Source: Stegostoma tigrinum
Lineage: Eukaryota
Reading direction: 5' to 3'
DNA: 64,000 nucleotides
NCBI RefSeq assembly: GCF_030684315.1
Contig: NC_081390.1
Span: forward strand, 5,456,001-5,520,000
A program made the translations under genes and the position numbers. Numbering within the stretch: position 1 is the stretch's first letter; every line of letters starts with the position of its first letter. Below the pieces are notes generated by a model. The model did no database searches. It worked only from the letters and a program-made list of their open reading frames with translations, and was not told the origin of the DNA. Below are positions 14,281 to 27,132 of the stretch, piece by piece.

Positions 14281-15549
14281 ATGCCAGGATCACTACCTCT
14301 GAGCCACAGATCTCAAGTATTATCTGTTCTGAGTAAATTGACCGTACGCCTCTAACAGCAACTTCCAAGCCCACGACCTAGGACACGGACAGCAGATACA
14401 TTGATATACCTTCACCTGAAGCTCCCCTCAAAGTCAAATCCATTCCAGAACTGTATCACCATTTCTTCACCGTCGTTGGATCAAAATTCTGGAACTCCCT
14501 TCCTAATGCACCTTTGAGTATCCCTATGGAGTGCAGTGATTCAAGAAGGTGGCTCACCACCAGTTCTAATAAGGACATCTAGAGCAATGAATGCTACCCT
14601 TGCTAGCAACCCTCGTGCCCCAACAGTAAATTACAAGAAAGAAAACTTTGGGGCCAGTAATCAGCAAGTTATTTGAAACTACCCACAATGAGGGCAGGAG
14701 ATAATGGCCAGGCTCCTTGGCCCTGATGGCTACCAAGACTCCCGAGTGCCTACTTTTGGACAGCAGTTGACTGCAGCATGCAACTGCAAAGACTTTCATA
14801 GATGTACACCTTTCTAGCTTGTACCATCAAGTTTTATGGGAATAATGAGCATTTGGGTGACAGAAACTGGCACCTGTGGAACTATATGTGGTAAGGGAGT
14901 TAATGGCTCCAGTACGGCAGAGAGCAATTGGAGTGACTGAAGGAAAAAAAGATACTCAATTGTTCCAAATAATGGGAAGCACTGAAGGATCAGCACCTTC
15001 AACATCGTCCTCCCACCAAAGTGATGGATTGTGCAGATTTTTATCCTAGTGGCCCTCCTCCAGCACCATTTCTGCACCAGGAACTGTGTTATTCTTCTCA
15101 TAATTAACCACATTTGTTGGATTGAACCCTTTGGAATATTAAACATTATATTAAGTGTTGAAAATTATGCACAGTAGAGGAAGTTCCTTTCAAAAGGTGG
15201 GACCGTTGAAGGATGGAGGACAGGGATATCTAAACTGATTTTGAGAACGGCAGCAAATGTCCTGACATTCTGTGGTTTCACCTTCCCCGTGCCTATGAAG
15301 ATTGACCTGTCTTGCTAATCTTGGCAATTTAGATGAACACTGTGATATTATCAAAGCTGGCAGGAAAGCCTGCTTCCTTAAATACTTACTTTCTATTGAA
15401 CGTCTAAAAAGCAGGCTGGTTGCCCAGTGGGTTAAACCCTGAATCAACAGTTAGATTTAGTATTATATGGAAATGAACATAGAGACAACAGAAGTAAATG
15501 TCCTAAACCTGGGGTTCAGCAAACTTTACAGGGCTGAGGGCCTGATCTG

Positions 15550-16100
15550 GCAAAAGTGGAAGGAAGCTTAGAGGAGTACAGAAAATACAGGATTGAATTG
15601 AAAAGGGAAATTAGGAAAGCAAAGCAAGAACACAAACAAATGGCAGTAAAATTAAGGAAATACCAGAGATTTTCAGTACATTAAGAGCAAGAAGCTGACT
15701 AGTGAAAGGGTTGGGCCTATTAGAGATGTAGATATGTGACTTCTGTGTGAGTCCAGAAGATATGGCAGAGTTGCAAATGAGTATTTTGTCACAGAGGAGA
15801 GGGATGATACAGACATTCCTGTTATAAAAGGAGGAACATGAACTATTAGATGAAGAAGCATAATTGGAGAAGTAATGAAGGGACTGACCTCCATGAATTT
15901 GGAATAGTCATCGGAGCCGGATGTCTTGCACGCTAGATTGTTAAGGGAAGTCAGGGAGGAAATAGTGGATCACTTTCCAATTCTCAATAGATATAGGCGA
16001 GGTATCAGAGGATAGTGGGGTGTGGGTGGGGTGGTTCTACAAACATTATTCCATGATTCAAACAGGGTAGGAGGGATTGGCCAAATAATTATGGCAAAAT
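15550..16100 (+). mobile_element. CR1 ORF2 fragment
   Basis: Similar to the reverse complement of the 60.8-61.3 kb CR1 region (aatgagtatttt..., SPGPD-like segment). Confidence 0.65.
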
Positions 16101-16896
16101 AATCAAGCAACCTACCATTTGGGGAAACATAATAATTGGTAAGTGATGACCTCTACAGCTTGGGGCAGTTGGATACAGTTTGGACAGGGTGATTAGGGAT
16201 GAGGTAGGGATGATGAGACAGTGATCGATGCTCTGCATTTCACAAACTTGCTCTGATTTGGGTTTTCTTAATTGTGAAACTCAAATGCCTAAATTGAAAT
16301 AATTCACCAGGACCGATAGTCCTGCTTTTGAGAATTACTTACGATTCGCTTTGCCATCCTGCTTAACCTTGAAATGTTTCCAGACACAAGATACTTTGTA
16401 GAAAGCTTCTTTGTTGTGGCATTCTTGTTTCCTGCCCAGTGAGGGTGTTACCTTCACTGCCTCTTCAGTCAGCAGCTGAATCGCAATTGGCAGAGTGACC
16501 TAAAGCTATTGATCAACTCCCTCATAGCTTCTCTCCCTGGAGAGGGATTCTTCTGATTTTATAGCACTCATGTTTGCCCAGTCCTCCTCTTTGACATCTG
16601 TGCTGATCCTTACTGCTGAGGAGAATTGCTGTGCCACAGTATGTTCAAGGCTCTGTACCTGTCCTTGTAGGCACTGTCTCCTTGCCAGTCAGAAACATCA
16701 CTTCTTCGAGAAACTAACAGACGTGGCCCACCATGTTTTGCTTGACTAGAGAGGGTGAAAGAAGAGAAATGTAAATTCTTGCATCTTTTGTGCTTTTGAC
16801 TTTGGAAGCTACATTGTTGATGCCTGTATCCAGATTTGAAGGAATACTTGGAGTTGCATATCTAAACCAAAATCATTTTCTGCATTCATCCTAATC

Positions 16897-17193
16897 AGTA
16901 CAGTGGCTAGGTGGTTAGCCCTGCTGCCTCACTGCGCCAGGGACCTGGGTTTGATTCAAGCCTCGGGCAACTGTCTGTGTGGAGTTTGCACATTCTCCCT
17001 GTGTCTCTGGGGGCTTCCTCCCACAGTCCAAAGATGTGCAGGTTAGGTAGATTGGCCATGTTAAATTGCCCCTAGCATCTAGGGTGGGAAATGCAGGGGT
17101 AGGGTAGTGGGTGGATCTGTGTGGGATGCTCTTCAGTGGGCTGGCCTGGACTCAATGGGCTGAATGGCCTGCTGTCAAATTGTAGGGATTCTA
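16897..17193 (+). mobile_element. tRNA-derived V-SINE (HE1-like)
   Basis: Same family as 4721-5038, forward orientation. Confidence 0.85.
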
Positions 17194-17634
17194 AATGATC
17201 TTGCTGTTAATGAGCTTTGATGTGTGAACAAGTTTTTATGTCTGAATATATCAAACTCTAAAATTGAAATACGTTGGTTGCTTAATCTTATTTCAAAATT
17301 ACTTTCACCCACATTTTTAGGGTTTCCTTCTCTCTTCTACTAACCAGTCCCCGAAACGTCTGTGCTGCTCACAAACCCTCAGCTTGAAGATATTGCTATC
17401 AGCAACATCTCCTTTTTTGGGTGCAAGGATAGTGGACTGCAGTCCTGAGCTAATTAATTCTGGGCTTTAATCCCTTTCCTTCTTCAATTCAGTGTGTATT
17501 CAAATGCCAGGTTTTCCCTTTCACTGTCATGCTGATGTGCTCACGCTTGCTTTCTCTTGCCTGTGCTTTTATTCTCTCTCCTGCTCATGGACTTTTGCCC
17601 ACGCGTTCTGTCAAACCTGCTGTTTCTCACTGGT

Positions 17635-17942
17635 CAGAGATAATGGGAACTGCAGATGCTGGAGAATCCAAGATAACAAAGTGTGGAGCTGGATGAACAC
17701 AGTAGGCCAAGCAGCATGTCAGGAGCACAAAAGCTAACATTTTGGGCCTAGACCCTTCATCAGAGAGGGGGATGGGGAAAGGGTTCTGGAATAAATAGGT
17801 CCGCCTCCCCCTCTCTCCCTATTTATTCCAGAACCCTCTCCCCATCCCCCTCTCTGAAGGGTCTAGGCCCGAAACGTCAGCTTTTGTGCTCCTGAGATGC
17901 TGCTAGGCCTGCTGTGTTCATCCAGCTCCACACTTTGTTACC
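17635..17942. mobile_element. Short inverted-repeat Penelope-derived element with 15-bp TSD
   Basis: CTGTTTCTCACTGGT at 17620-17634 and 17943-17957. Arms about 17673-17799 and 17818-17940. Decayed hammerhead cores in both arms. Confidence 0.8.
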
Positions 17943-19939
17943 CTGTTTCTCACTGGTACTGTCTTTTGTGTGTACTCTCTCTCACTGGCGTTTTCACTCC
18001 CTTGTGTTCTCTCACTCTTTTGTGCCTTCTCTTTTTATTCACTTAAATTTCACGTTTCAAAATAAAAAGGCAAAAACAGCAAACTGGGATCAGAGTCGCA
18101 CTTCAGAAAGTTCATTGCAATCCTGTATCTATGCCACAAGCATTGAGTGAGGCCACAGCACCACCTTGGGGCAACTGGTAGAAACCTTGTGCAAATTGGA
18201 TTTAAGATTACCACAAGCGTATTGAGAGTGCAATAGATAGTTTGCTTTGTACTGCTGTCCCACCTTACTCTGACTCACTCACAGATGCAGAATGTAGGGA
18301 ATCAAGTATATTCATCAAAAGCATTTCTCTTGGTTTCTGACCAGGTCTTTTTTAAGCTGTACTTTAGAGAAAGTCTTTTTCTGGAATTTTGGGAACATTT
18401 TGGACCATTTATGCTACGTTTTAACCAATCGGTGCAACTATAGTTCACTATTTGCATGTTATGGGTAGACGATGATTTACGTTTTACACTTAGAGTTACC
18501 ATTTCTTATTCATTAAAGCCTGGGGCGTTTTTGACGAGAACATCTGTCAACTTTCCTTTACCAAGAGAAAGGAGTCACAATAAATAGACCTCAGACAGAT
18601 GACTGTCCTTTCTACTGAGTCTTGACCTTTACAAAATCATGCAGCCCACCCTACCACCTCGCAAACAGTTTTTATGCCCTAACACTGTACTAGTGCAAAA
18701 AGTCTCAACACCATCTGCTAACATTTGCACAAGGATGAGAAGAGAAGCATTCTCACTGACTAAGAGAACTGGTTTTACCCTTCACCTCTTCAGCATGAGG
18801 GAGGTTGTGAGAAATATTTAATAAAACGTATCAATAGATCTCCCTTGTAAAAAAGTTTAACTCTACATTTTAATGTTATTTTTGCCTGAGCAGTTTTGAT
18901 TAGGGGTTACAAACAATCCAATTGGAAATCCAATTTGCCTCTTGCACCAGTGCCAAACTATTGCAATAATCCTTTAATCCTTTTCATATCTAACAAGACC
19001 TCTGCCATGTCTTATTAATCCACATGCACAAACACAGGTTCACAGAGGCACACATGCAAAATTGAAGGCTCTTAGTATAATGCTGCATCTCTCCTGCTGT
19101 AGCATCAGTAGAGGTGAAATAACAGGGACTAATTTGGAGAAAATAGAAAGTGTGACGGAGGTGGAGTAACATCAGTGACTGGGCGAGTGATAAATCTGTG
19201 GGTGATTCAAGTGCATTCTAATTTAGCTCCCCTACACAGGTAGGTTGCAGCTCCTTCCATCTGTGGTGCTGACAATACGAGCAACATAATCCATCTCACT
19301 CATTTTTCATCAGGATTTGGGACAGCAGCTCCTCCTGATGTCCCCAGCCAAAGTGTATATCTGTAATGATTCAGCTTTTCCAATACAAACCTCAAAATAT
19401 CATGAGCATTATCATGTATCATTGAACGTATCATGTCCTTAAAATAATCAGTCATTCTGTAAGCCAAGGCAAGGTGATGGGGAATGGCTGAGTACAGCTT
19501 TGACCCAGCATCATTCTGCATCAGATACTTCCACAAAGCCCAAATAGCCATCCATTTCTTACAAGTGTCCTGTTGACACTGTGACTGCGTCTGAGCTAAC
19601 ATTTAATCCCCGAGAGCCTTGCTTTACGGCTACCCACTAGCAAGGCAGACAAGCCTCACTGCACTTTGAAAATGTAAACAAACTCCTTCCTTTGTTTTTG
19701 AATGCTCATGAGCTGACAACTTGGACACTCCACCTGCAACCCAACTAGATGGGCCTGAAACCAGCCAAGGCTCTTGAGTGTCATCCGGTGACCCCGTAGT
19801 ATATGTAGGTTATTAGATCAGGATGAGCCAACATGTTCTTTACAGTTGAATCACTAACCAAACGTGGCCTGTCAGTTGATGAAAGTGGTCTCTTGAATAA
19901 ACAAGCAGCTCATGAGCCCTGTCTGTGGAAATTGTTTCA

Positions 19940-20315
19940 GCCATAGGGTTATACAGCACAGAAGCAGACCATTTGGTCTAACTCGTCTGTGCCGACCTGG
20001 TATCCTAAACTCAATTAGTCCCATTTGCCTGTATTTGGCCCATATCCCTCTAAATCATTCCTATTCATGTACTCATCCAGATGCTTTTTAAATGTTGAAA
20101 TTGCACCCACCTCTACCACTTCCTCATTCCACACATGCATCGCCCTCTGTGTCAAAAAGTTGCAGCTAACATCGCTTTTAAATATTTCACCACTCACTTT
20201 AAACCTATACCCTCTGACTTTGGACTTCCCTACCTTTGAAAAAAGACCTTGGCTTTCACCTTATCTACAGTCCTCATTATTTTATGCATCTCTATAAGGT
20301 AACCTCTCAGCCCCC
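19940..20315 (-). mobile_element. CR1 3' fragment
   Basis: FLTQRAMHVWN...TFKKHLDEYMNR...GYGPNTGKWD, a typical CR1 C-terminus. Confidence 0.8.
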
Positions 20316-22176
20316 GAAGGTCAGTATCTTTTGGAGGGGAAGAAATAAACTGGGAACTTGGGAGAAATTGTGGTCCAAGTGAATTTCTGCAAAGTCTGCT
20401 TGCTTAACCTTTTCCATGTAAACATTGAGCTGACTGCACAGACATTAAGAAGATGGAAGAAGCTGCAACCTACCTGTGTAGGGAAGCTAGATTAGAATGC
20501 ACTTGAATCACCCACGGATTTATCACACGCCAGTCACTGACGTTACTCATGTATCTTTGTGTTTTCCTGCAATTCCAGAAATTACAGAACATAATGAAAG
20601 AGTTAAGGAATGGATGGACAGATGGGAGTGGGACTTCACACACAGTGACAGGAAAACCTATATGGTAGAAGCAAGAATGCAGCATGTATGTTGTATAGGA
20701 GAACGCTTGAGGAAGCTGGAAAGAGATCTAGAATCTCTGATGGAGAAGTTTTGAGACTGTTCTGTTTACTATTAAGAAATAGTAAATTAACTAAATAAGA
20801 TATGGGGATGCACAGGAGACGGTGCGACTGTTGAGCCTAAGAAGCTGATCTTGAAGCTGTATCTGGTCTTGGAGGAACTTAGGGAATACAGCAAACAAAT
20901 TTGCCTCCATATTATAAGAAAGCTGCATATTTACTTGAAGGGGGTTCAAAGAAAGGCTGCAAAGTGTGATTTTGAACTCAGCCATCTGAGTTCTGTGGAA
21001 AGGCATTTCATTCAGAGATTTGACTCTGAAGTGAGGTAGGGTTTGATGAGTGTCTTGGATGTGGAAAAGTTTCAAAAGCAATGTTGTGTAGGTTACAGTC
21101 TGAGCTGGACAGTTTAAACCATGATGGTGTAAAAGGAAAATTGAGGAATTTAGCATTGGTTTTCACAAAGAGTGAGATAGAATTTTAAAAACAAACAGAA
21201 TAGTGGAACAGTTTTGTTTTTAAAGGACCAGTTTGATTTTTGTTAGGCAAGGAAATGCATCTTTGTTATTTTCATAAATTTCAGTCAGGAAACTGGTTGT
21301 TTGAAAGAGCCGGTGAGATGGATATATGATCCCATCTCTAAACCTTCACCAGTTCTGTATTATATAAAAGGGCCTTCTCTGCCTTTGATGGATGACCTTT
21401 ACCAAATCCAAAATCAGACTACTGACATAACAGATAAAAAAAGAAATAATGGAAATACTCTAGCTCGGGTTGCATCTGTGGAGCAAGAAATGGAATTTCA
21501 GGACAGTGAACCTTTGTCAGGACTTCCGGCAGATGCTGACAATCTGAAATGATTTTGCTTTTGTGTTTGTGCTCTTGGAGTCAGGAAGTGTAGAGTTCAA
21601 AGCAGGGCTATGCTGGGCTCACCCTAGGGATTTAAATACTAACTTATAAATGAGTAAGTTCATGTCAGGGGCGGGGAGAGGTGAGGAGACAATTAGCTCA
21701 GTTTGCGACAGTCAGTGTCTGCTGCAGATTAAGGCCAAAAGTGTGGGGTTTGATCCCCATTTCAGTTGAGGTAGACTTAGAGATTGCCTTATCTCATAAT
21801 TGACAGTATAATCCATGATCAAGTAATCTAGAATACTATCTGGAGAAGAAGTGGTTTGATGCAAACATTATTAACCAATAAGCTCTATGTTACAAAGTGC
21901 ATCTGCTAGCTTCAACATTAGAACTTTGAAGCTCAGTTACTGTTTTGGGGCAATTGCCACAAACGTTTCTTGGACTGAACTGCTTGCTGTGGCTGAAGTA
22001 TTCGTCACTTGGAGCCAAAGATGTTCGTTAGTCAAGTGATTGGTTTCATCGTTAAAGCTGGAAACCTGGGCCCACAAATACATTTTTGTGCTTTGATCAT
22101 TGGCTTGTTGTGTCTTTGCATGTCATCCATGATTTTCTTTTGCCTTTGTTCTGTGCTCGGCTGTATGTTGCTACAG

Positions 22177-22625
22177 GAACCAGCTTCAGGAATCGACACC
22201 AGTGGAAAACTGACGTCAAGCCCTGAGTACCAGCTCAGTAGGACTGCATGGGCCTCTGCTAGCATGCGCTCTGCTAATGGGATGTCCTCTGATCACCTCA
22301 GCACGAGGGACAGCAGCTTGACACGTAGCTCAGAGATGACAGCATCTTTCAGGCAAACGTCTTCCATGACAACATCAATGTTCTCTCCAGCTACTTCTCT
22401 GACCTCAAGCCTTTCACCTCAAAGAGGGGTCAGCACTTCTCGGGCATCAGGAAGGGTTTATGATGTAACTGGTATTAAAGGTACAACGTCTAGCTCTGGC
22501 CATCGGAGGCAGTACAACAGCCCTCTGGGCCTGTATTCTAGAGAGACAATTGATGAAATGGTCAGGGCAACAGCCCAGAAGGATGACAGGCGAGACAGAG
22601 TCTCTGCAGGTGGATTCCTCCAAGG
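22177..22625 (+). CDS. LDB3: LDB3 alternative exon, cardiac-type ('exon 4'), with ZASP motif
   Basis: ctacag| acceptor and GG|gtaagc donor, 449 bp, phase 0 to 2. Ser/Thr-rich, ending RRQYNSPLGLYSRETIDEM...GGFLQG (ZM motif QYNxPxGLYS). Lies inside ORF 22009..22629. Confidence 0.92.
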
Positions 22626-24479
22626 GTAAGCATCAAAACTGCAATTGAGCACTCGGTGGATAGTTTGCCACATGCCTGCTATGTTTATGGCTTTAAGCGG
22701 ACTTAATTTTTAAAGCACTCCATATATAGTCCTTCATTAAGCAACCTGGTGAGCAGTTTCTAACTCTCAGCTCCTTGTCCAGTAGTTTGCCTCCAGTTAT
22801 ATTTGTTTGAATGGCTTTTAAGTGATTGCCCAACAACAGCAAAATCTCGTAGAATCTGGTACAATTGCCTTTGCTACCCATAGCACACAGTTCCGATGTA
22901 TAGGAACTTCTGCCCAACATTTCAAAGAACACTGGAGAGTGCTAAAGCAGCCAGCCACAGTCATAAAATGACAAAAGCTCAGGAAGAAGCAGCCATTCAA
23001 TGCCTCAAGCCTGTTCTGCCATTCAATTACATCATTGCTGATCTGTACCTTAACTGTATCAAACCTTGGTTAATACCAGTGAGAAAGACTGGTGACAGGG
23101 GTTGAGTGTAGGTTTCCAAGTGGGTGATGGGCCATTGGATTCTGGAGTTTATTGTACTTGGTTAACAGACTGGGTTACAGAACCAGTGTCACCTCCTCAG
23201 GAAGGGCTTATCCAAGAGGAGGGAGCACACAGTAGTTTGAGGCTCTGACCACCGACCCTCATATGTTTATACAGGTAATAATAAAAGTGCAAATGGACAG
23301 CAGGTTCCAGTTCGTAACTGTTTGGAATTATCTTGATGTTGCAATGTGTTTGCATCACATGCAGTTAAGTTGAATTTCCCCTTGGTCCCTGAGGCAGTTT
23401 TAAGACTTGTTTCCATCATTTTGTAAATGGATGCCCACCCCAACTTCTTGTGAAACCTGGAGGTAATAAGATGACAGTGCTGACAGTCAGACTATTCACT
23501 GGAGTTGTGCTGTGAACCTTAGGCTCCTTCACTTAATGCAAATGAAATCTGAATGTTACATTGATGCAAAGTCAGAGAGGCTGGTACAGATACGACAACA
23601 CCTCTGTGAATGTATCTTAATCTAGAATTAGTGGTGTTATGATTACACTATCAGACCAGTAATCAGCAGCCTGGACTGTAATACAGAAATTGGGAGCCCA
23701 AATCCCACCATGACAATTCGAGAATTTGTATACAGTCGTGGAAAAACTCTGCATGTAATAAGCTAGCATGAGTGAAAGTGATGATGAAGCTATTAGATTG
23801 TCACTAAGACCCAAATGAAAGCCTGTGTCCTTCCCCAGTGTGGTCTGTTTTTGATTCCAGGCTACCACCCGTATGGCTGACTCTTAATTGCTCTCTTTGC
23901 CAAGTGAGCCACCCTCTACAGAAGTTCAAGAAGGCCGATTGTACTGTTTTGAGAGGAGCTTCATTAAGGTCAATTTAATGCCAGTAATTACTCATTCCTG
24001 ATTTCCCAGAAGCCAGTTAAGACCACATTGCTATGTGTCTGGAGTCACATATGGGCCAGATTAGGCAAGGACGACAGATTTCCTTCTCTAACAGACATTA
24101 GTGAATTGGATGGGTTTTTATGACATTTGACAGTGATTAAATTTGAGATGGTTGTCCATTGGCTGATGTTTTATTCCAGGTTTTTATTGAATTTAAAGTT
24201 CACCACCTGCTGTGGTGGGATTTCAAGCAATGTCCTCCGATCATTAGCTTGAGGCTGTGGATTACTAGTCCTGTGGCATTATCACTACAAGATGGTGACT
24301 GGGTCAGACAGGCTCAGGTGGTGTGGAAGCAGCCTTAGAGAGACTTGGGGAAGACAGAAGGAAAGATGGGGATCCTGGTTGTGCCCAGAAGGAGAGAGAT
24401 CATGACAGTGTTGAGAGACTTCAGGTAGCAACAGATGATCTTGATAATGGAAGAGGAATTGGATGATTTGTAGAGCTTT

Positions 24480-27132
24480 TTTTTAATTCATTGATGGGAT
24501 GTCAGCATCACTGGCTAGGACAGTATTTGTTGTCCATCCCTAATTGCCCAGGGCCAGTTAAGACTCAACCACGGTAGATAAACAGGAGATTGGAAGAACA
24601 CAACAAGCCTAGCAGCCTCTGGAGGAAAGGAGCAGTCAACATATTGGGTATTACCCTTCTTCAGGACTGGATGCGGGGCTAGGGGGAGCTGCAGATAAGG
24701 AGGAGGGAGCAGCGGCGGCTAAATGGTGGTGACAGGTGGACACTGGTGGTAGGTGCGACCTGGTTGGTTGATGGGAAGGCTGAATCCGGTTGGTGGCTGG
24801 AAGGGAAGGTCAGAAGGTGGAATGAAAGGGAAGAGGTGGGACTGCATGGGGTGCTGGAGGATGGGTGGAAGGTTATTTGAAATTGGAGAACTCAGTGTTG
24901 AGTCTTCCAAACTGTAAGGTGCCCAAGTGGAAGATAAGTCGTTTCTCTTCAAATTTGCGTTCCAAGTCACTGCGACACTGGAGGAGGCTGAGGACAGACA
25001 TGTCGGAGGGGGAGAGGGGCGGGGAGTTGAAATGGGCGGTGACCAGGAGGTTAGGTTGGCCATTATGTGCCAAGCAGAGATGCTTAGTGAAACGGTCACC
25101 AAGTCTACATTTCGTCCCACTGACGTTGAGAAGACCGCATTGGGAGCACTGGATACAATAGACGAGGGCTGTTTAAGGCCCTGGATGGAGGTGAGGGAGG
25201 TGGTATGTGGGTAGGTGTTGCATCTTTTACAGTTTCAGGAGAAGGTACTGGGTGGGTCAGTGTGGTTGGTGGGGAGTGTGGTGCGAACTAAGGAGTGGTG
25301 AAGGGAATGGTCCTAGCAGAAGCCAGAGAGGTTTGGTGAGTGAAGATGTTCTTGGTGGTGGGGTCTAATTGGATTGGTGGAAATGTTTGAAGATGATATG
25401 TTGGATGCAGAGGCTGGTGGAGTGGAAAATGAGGACAAGGGGGACCCTTCATTTGTTATGTTTGGGTAAGTGGTTAACAGCTGTGGGGCAGGGAATGGAG
25501 GAGGCATGGTGGAGGGCTGTCTGGATGACAGAGTGGGGAAAAAGGCGGACATCTGGGATGCTTGGGAGTGGAACATCGAGTCAGAGCAGAGGCAATGGAG
25601 ATGGAGGAATTGGGAAAACGGGATAGAGTTTTTTTACAGGATACAGGGTGGGAGGAGGGGTAATCTAGGTACCATGTGAGTCATGGGTTTATTGTAAATG
25701 TCAGTCCATAAACTGTCACCAGAAATGGAGAGGTCAAGAAAGAGGAGGGAGGTGTCTGAGATAGACCAAGTGAATCAGACAGCAGGGTGGAAGTTGTCAG
25801 TGAAGTCGATAAACTGCTCCAGTTCAGCCTGATACAGAATACAGCACTGATGCAGTCATCGATGTAATGGCGGAAGAGTTGGGGAACAGTTCTGGTGTAC
25901 GCACTGAAGAGGGACTGTTCAACATAACCTACAAACAGGCAGGCGTGGCTGGGGCCCATGCAAGTGCCCATGGCAACCCCATGGATTTGGAGAAAGTGGA
26001 AAGAATTGAAGGAAAAGTTATTGAGGATGAGGGTTTTGTTTGGCGAGGTGGAGAACGGTATTGGTGGGGGGGAGGGGGGGGTGGTGTGGGTGGTACTAGA
26101 AGGGTCTGTTGGAGAAGAAAAGACTGAGGTCCTGCAGGCCGTCCTTGGGGTATGGACGTGTATAGGGATTGAACATCCATAGTAAAGATGAATTGCTGGG
26201 AGCCAGGGAACTGGAAGTTACCAAAGAGGTGGAGGGTGTGGTTTGTGACCTGGATATAAGTGGGGAGTGTCTGGACAAAGGGGGAGAGAATAGAGTCGAG
26301 GTAGGAAGAGATGAGTTCAGTGGAGCAAGAATATGTGGAGGCGATGGGTCGGCTGGGCAGTTGGGCTTGTGGATCTTGGGGAACAGGTAGAACCAGATAG
26401 TGTGGGGCTGGGGGTGTCTATAAGGCTGGAGGTGGTGGAGGGGAGGTCACCGGAAGCAATGAGATCATGAACAGTGAGGGAGACAGTAGCTTGATGGGCT
26501 ATGGTGGGGTAGTAGTCAAGGGGGAGGTAGGACGTGGTGGCGGAGAGTTGGCATTTGGCCTCTGCAACACAGGGGTCCGTCCTCCAGATTACCACTGCCC
26601 TGCCTTTGTTGGAGGGTTTGATAGTGAAACAGGGATTGGGGTGGAGCGCTGCTCATTCAGTGGGGGAGAGGTTGGACTGGGTGAGGGAGGTTGGAGAAAT
26701 TGAGGCAGTCGATGTCGCGTTGGCAGTTAGCAATAAAGAGGTCTGGGGTTGGTGAGAAGCTGGCAGGGGGTGTCGGAGAGGAGGAAGAAATTTGGAGGTG
26801 GGAGAAGGGATCCCCAGAGGGTGGTTATGAGTCTTTATCAAAGAAGAAGTCAACCACATTGCTGCAGACCTGGAGTCACATGTAGGCCAGACCAGATGAA
26901 AATGGCAGTTTCATTTCCTGAAGGATATTAATGGACCAGATGAGTTTTCCCAATAATTAACAAAGGATTTGTGGTCATCATGAGTTTCTTATTTCTGAAT
27001 TTTTGGTGAATTCAAGTTCCACCATCTTTCATAGCAAGATTTGAACTTGGTTCTGAATTCGGGCTCCCAGAAGACTAACTGGGTCTGTGCATTAACGGTC
27101 AAGCAATAATACCACCAGGCCATCACCTCCCT
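24480..27132 (-). mobile_element. tRNA-headed SINE split by the Penelope element. Related copies at about 830-1180(-), 24010-24290(-) and 23630-23900(+).
   Basis: cagttaagactcaaccac (to 24572) resumes as caaccacattgctg...ggagtcaca (from 26851); this sequence is contiguous in the other copies. Confidence 0.7.
24573..26840 (-). mobile_element. Degenerate Penelope-like retroelement (RT plus GIY-YIG C-terminal region)
   Basis: Fragments MDVQSLYTSIP, MGTCMGPSHACLFVGYVEQSLF...YIDDCI and AHFNSP...RKFEEKRLIFHLGTLQ...LNTEF. Hammerhead relic at 24633-24669. TCAACCAC duplicated at 24565-24572 and 26850-26857. Confidence 0.85.

Noticed and set aside
19300-19602. 100-aa minus-strand ORF, and similar short ORFs at 14814-15146, 20791-21156, 31233-31706 and 43243-43641
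   Set aside because: No recognisable motifs or convincing splice context; consistent with chance ORFs or unidentified decayed repeats.
22009-22176. Hydrophobic, membrane-like N-terminus of the 206-aa ORF
   Set aside because: This is translation of the intronic pyrimidine tract; the real exon starts at the AG before 22177.
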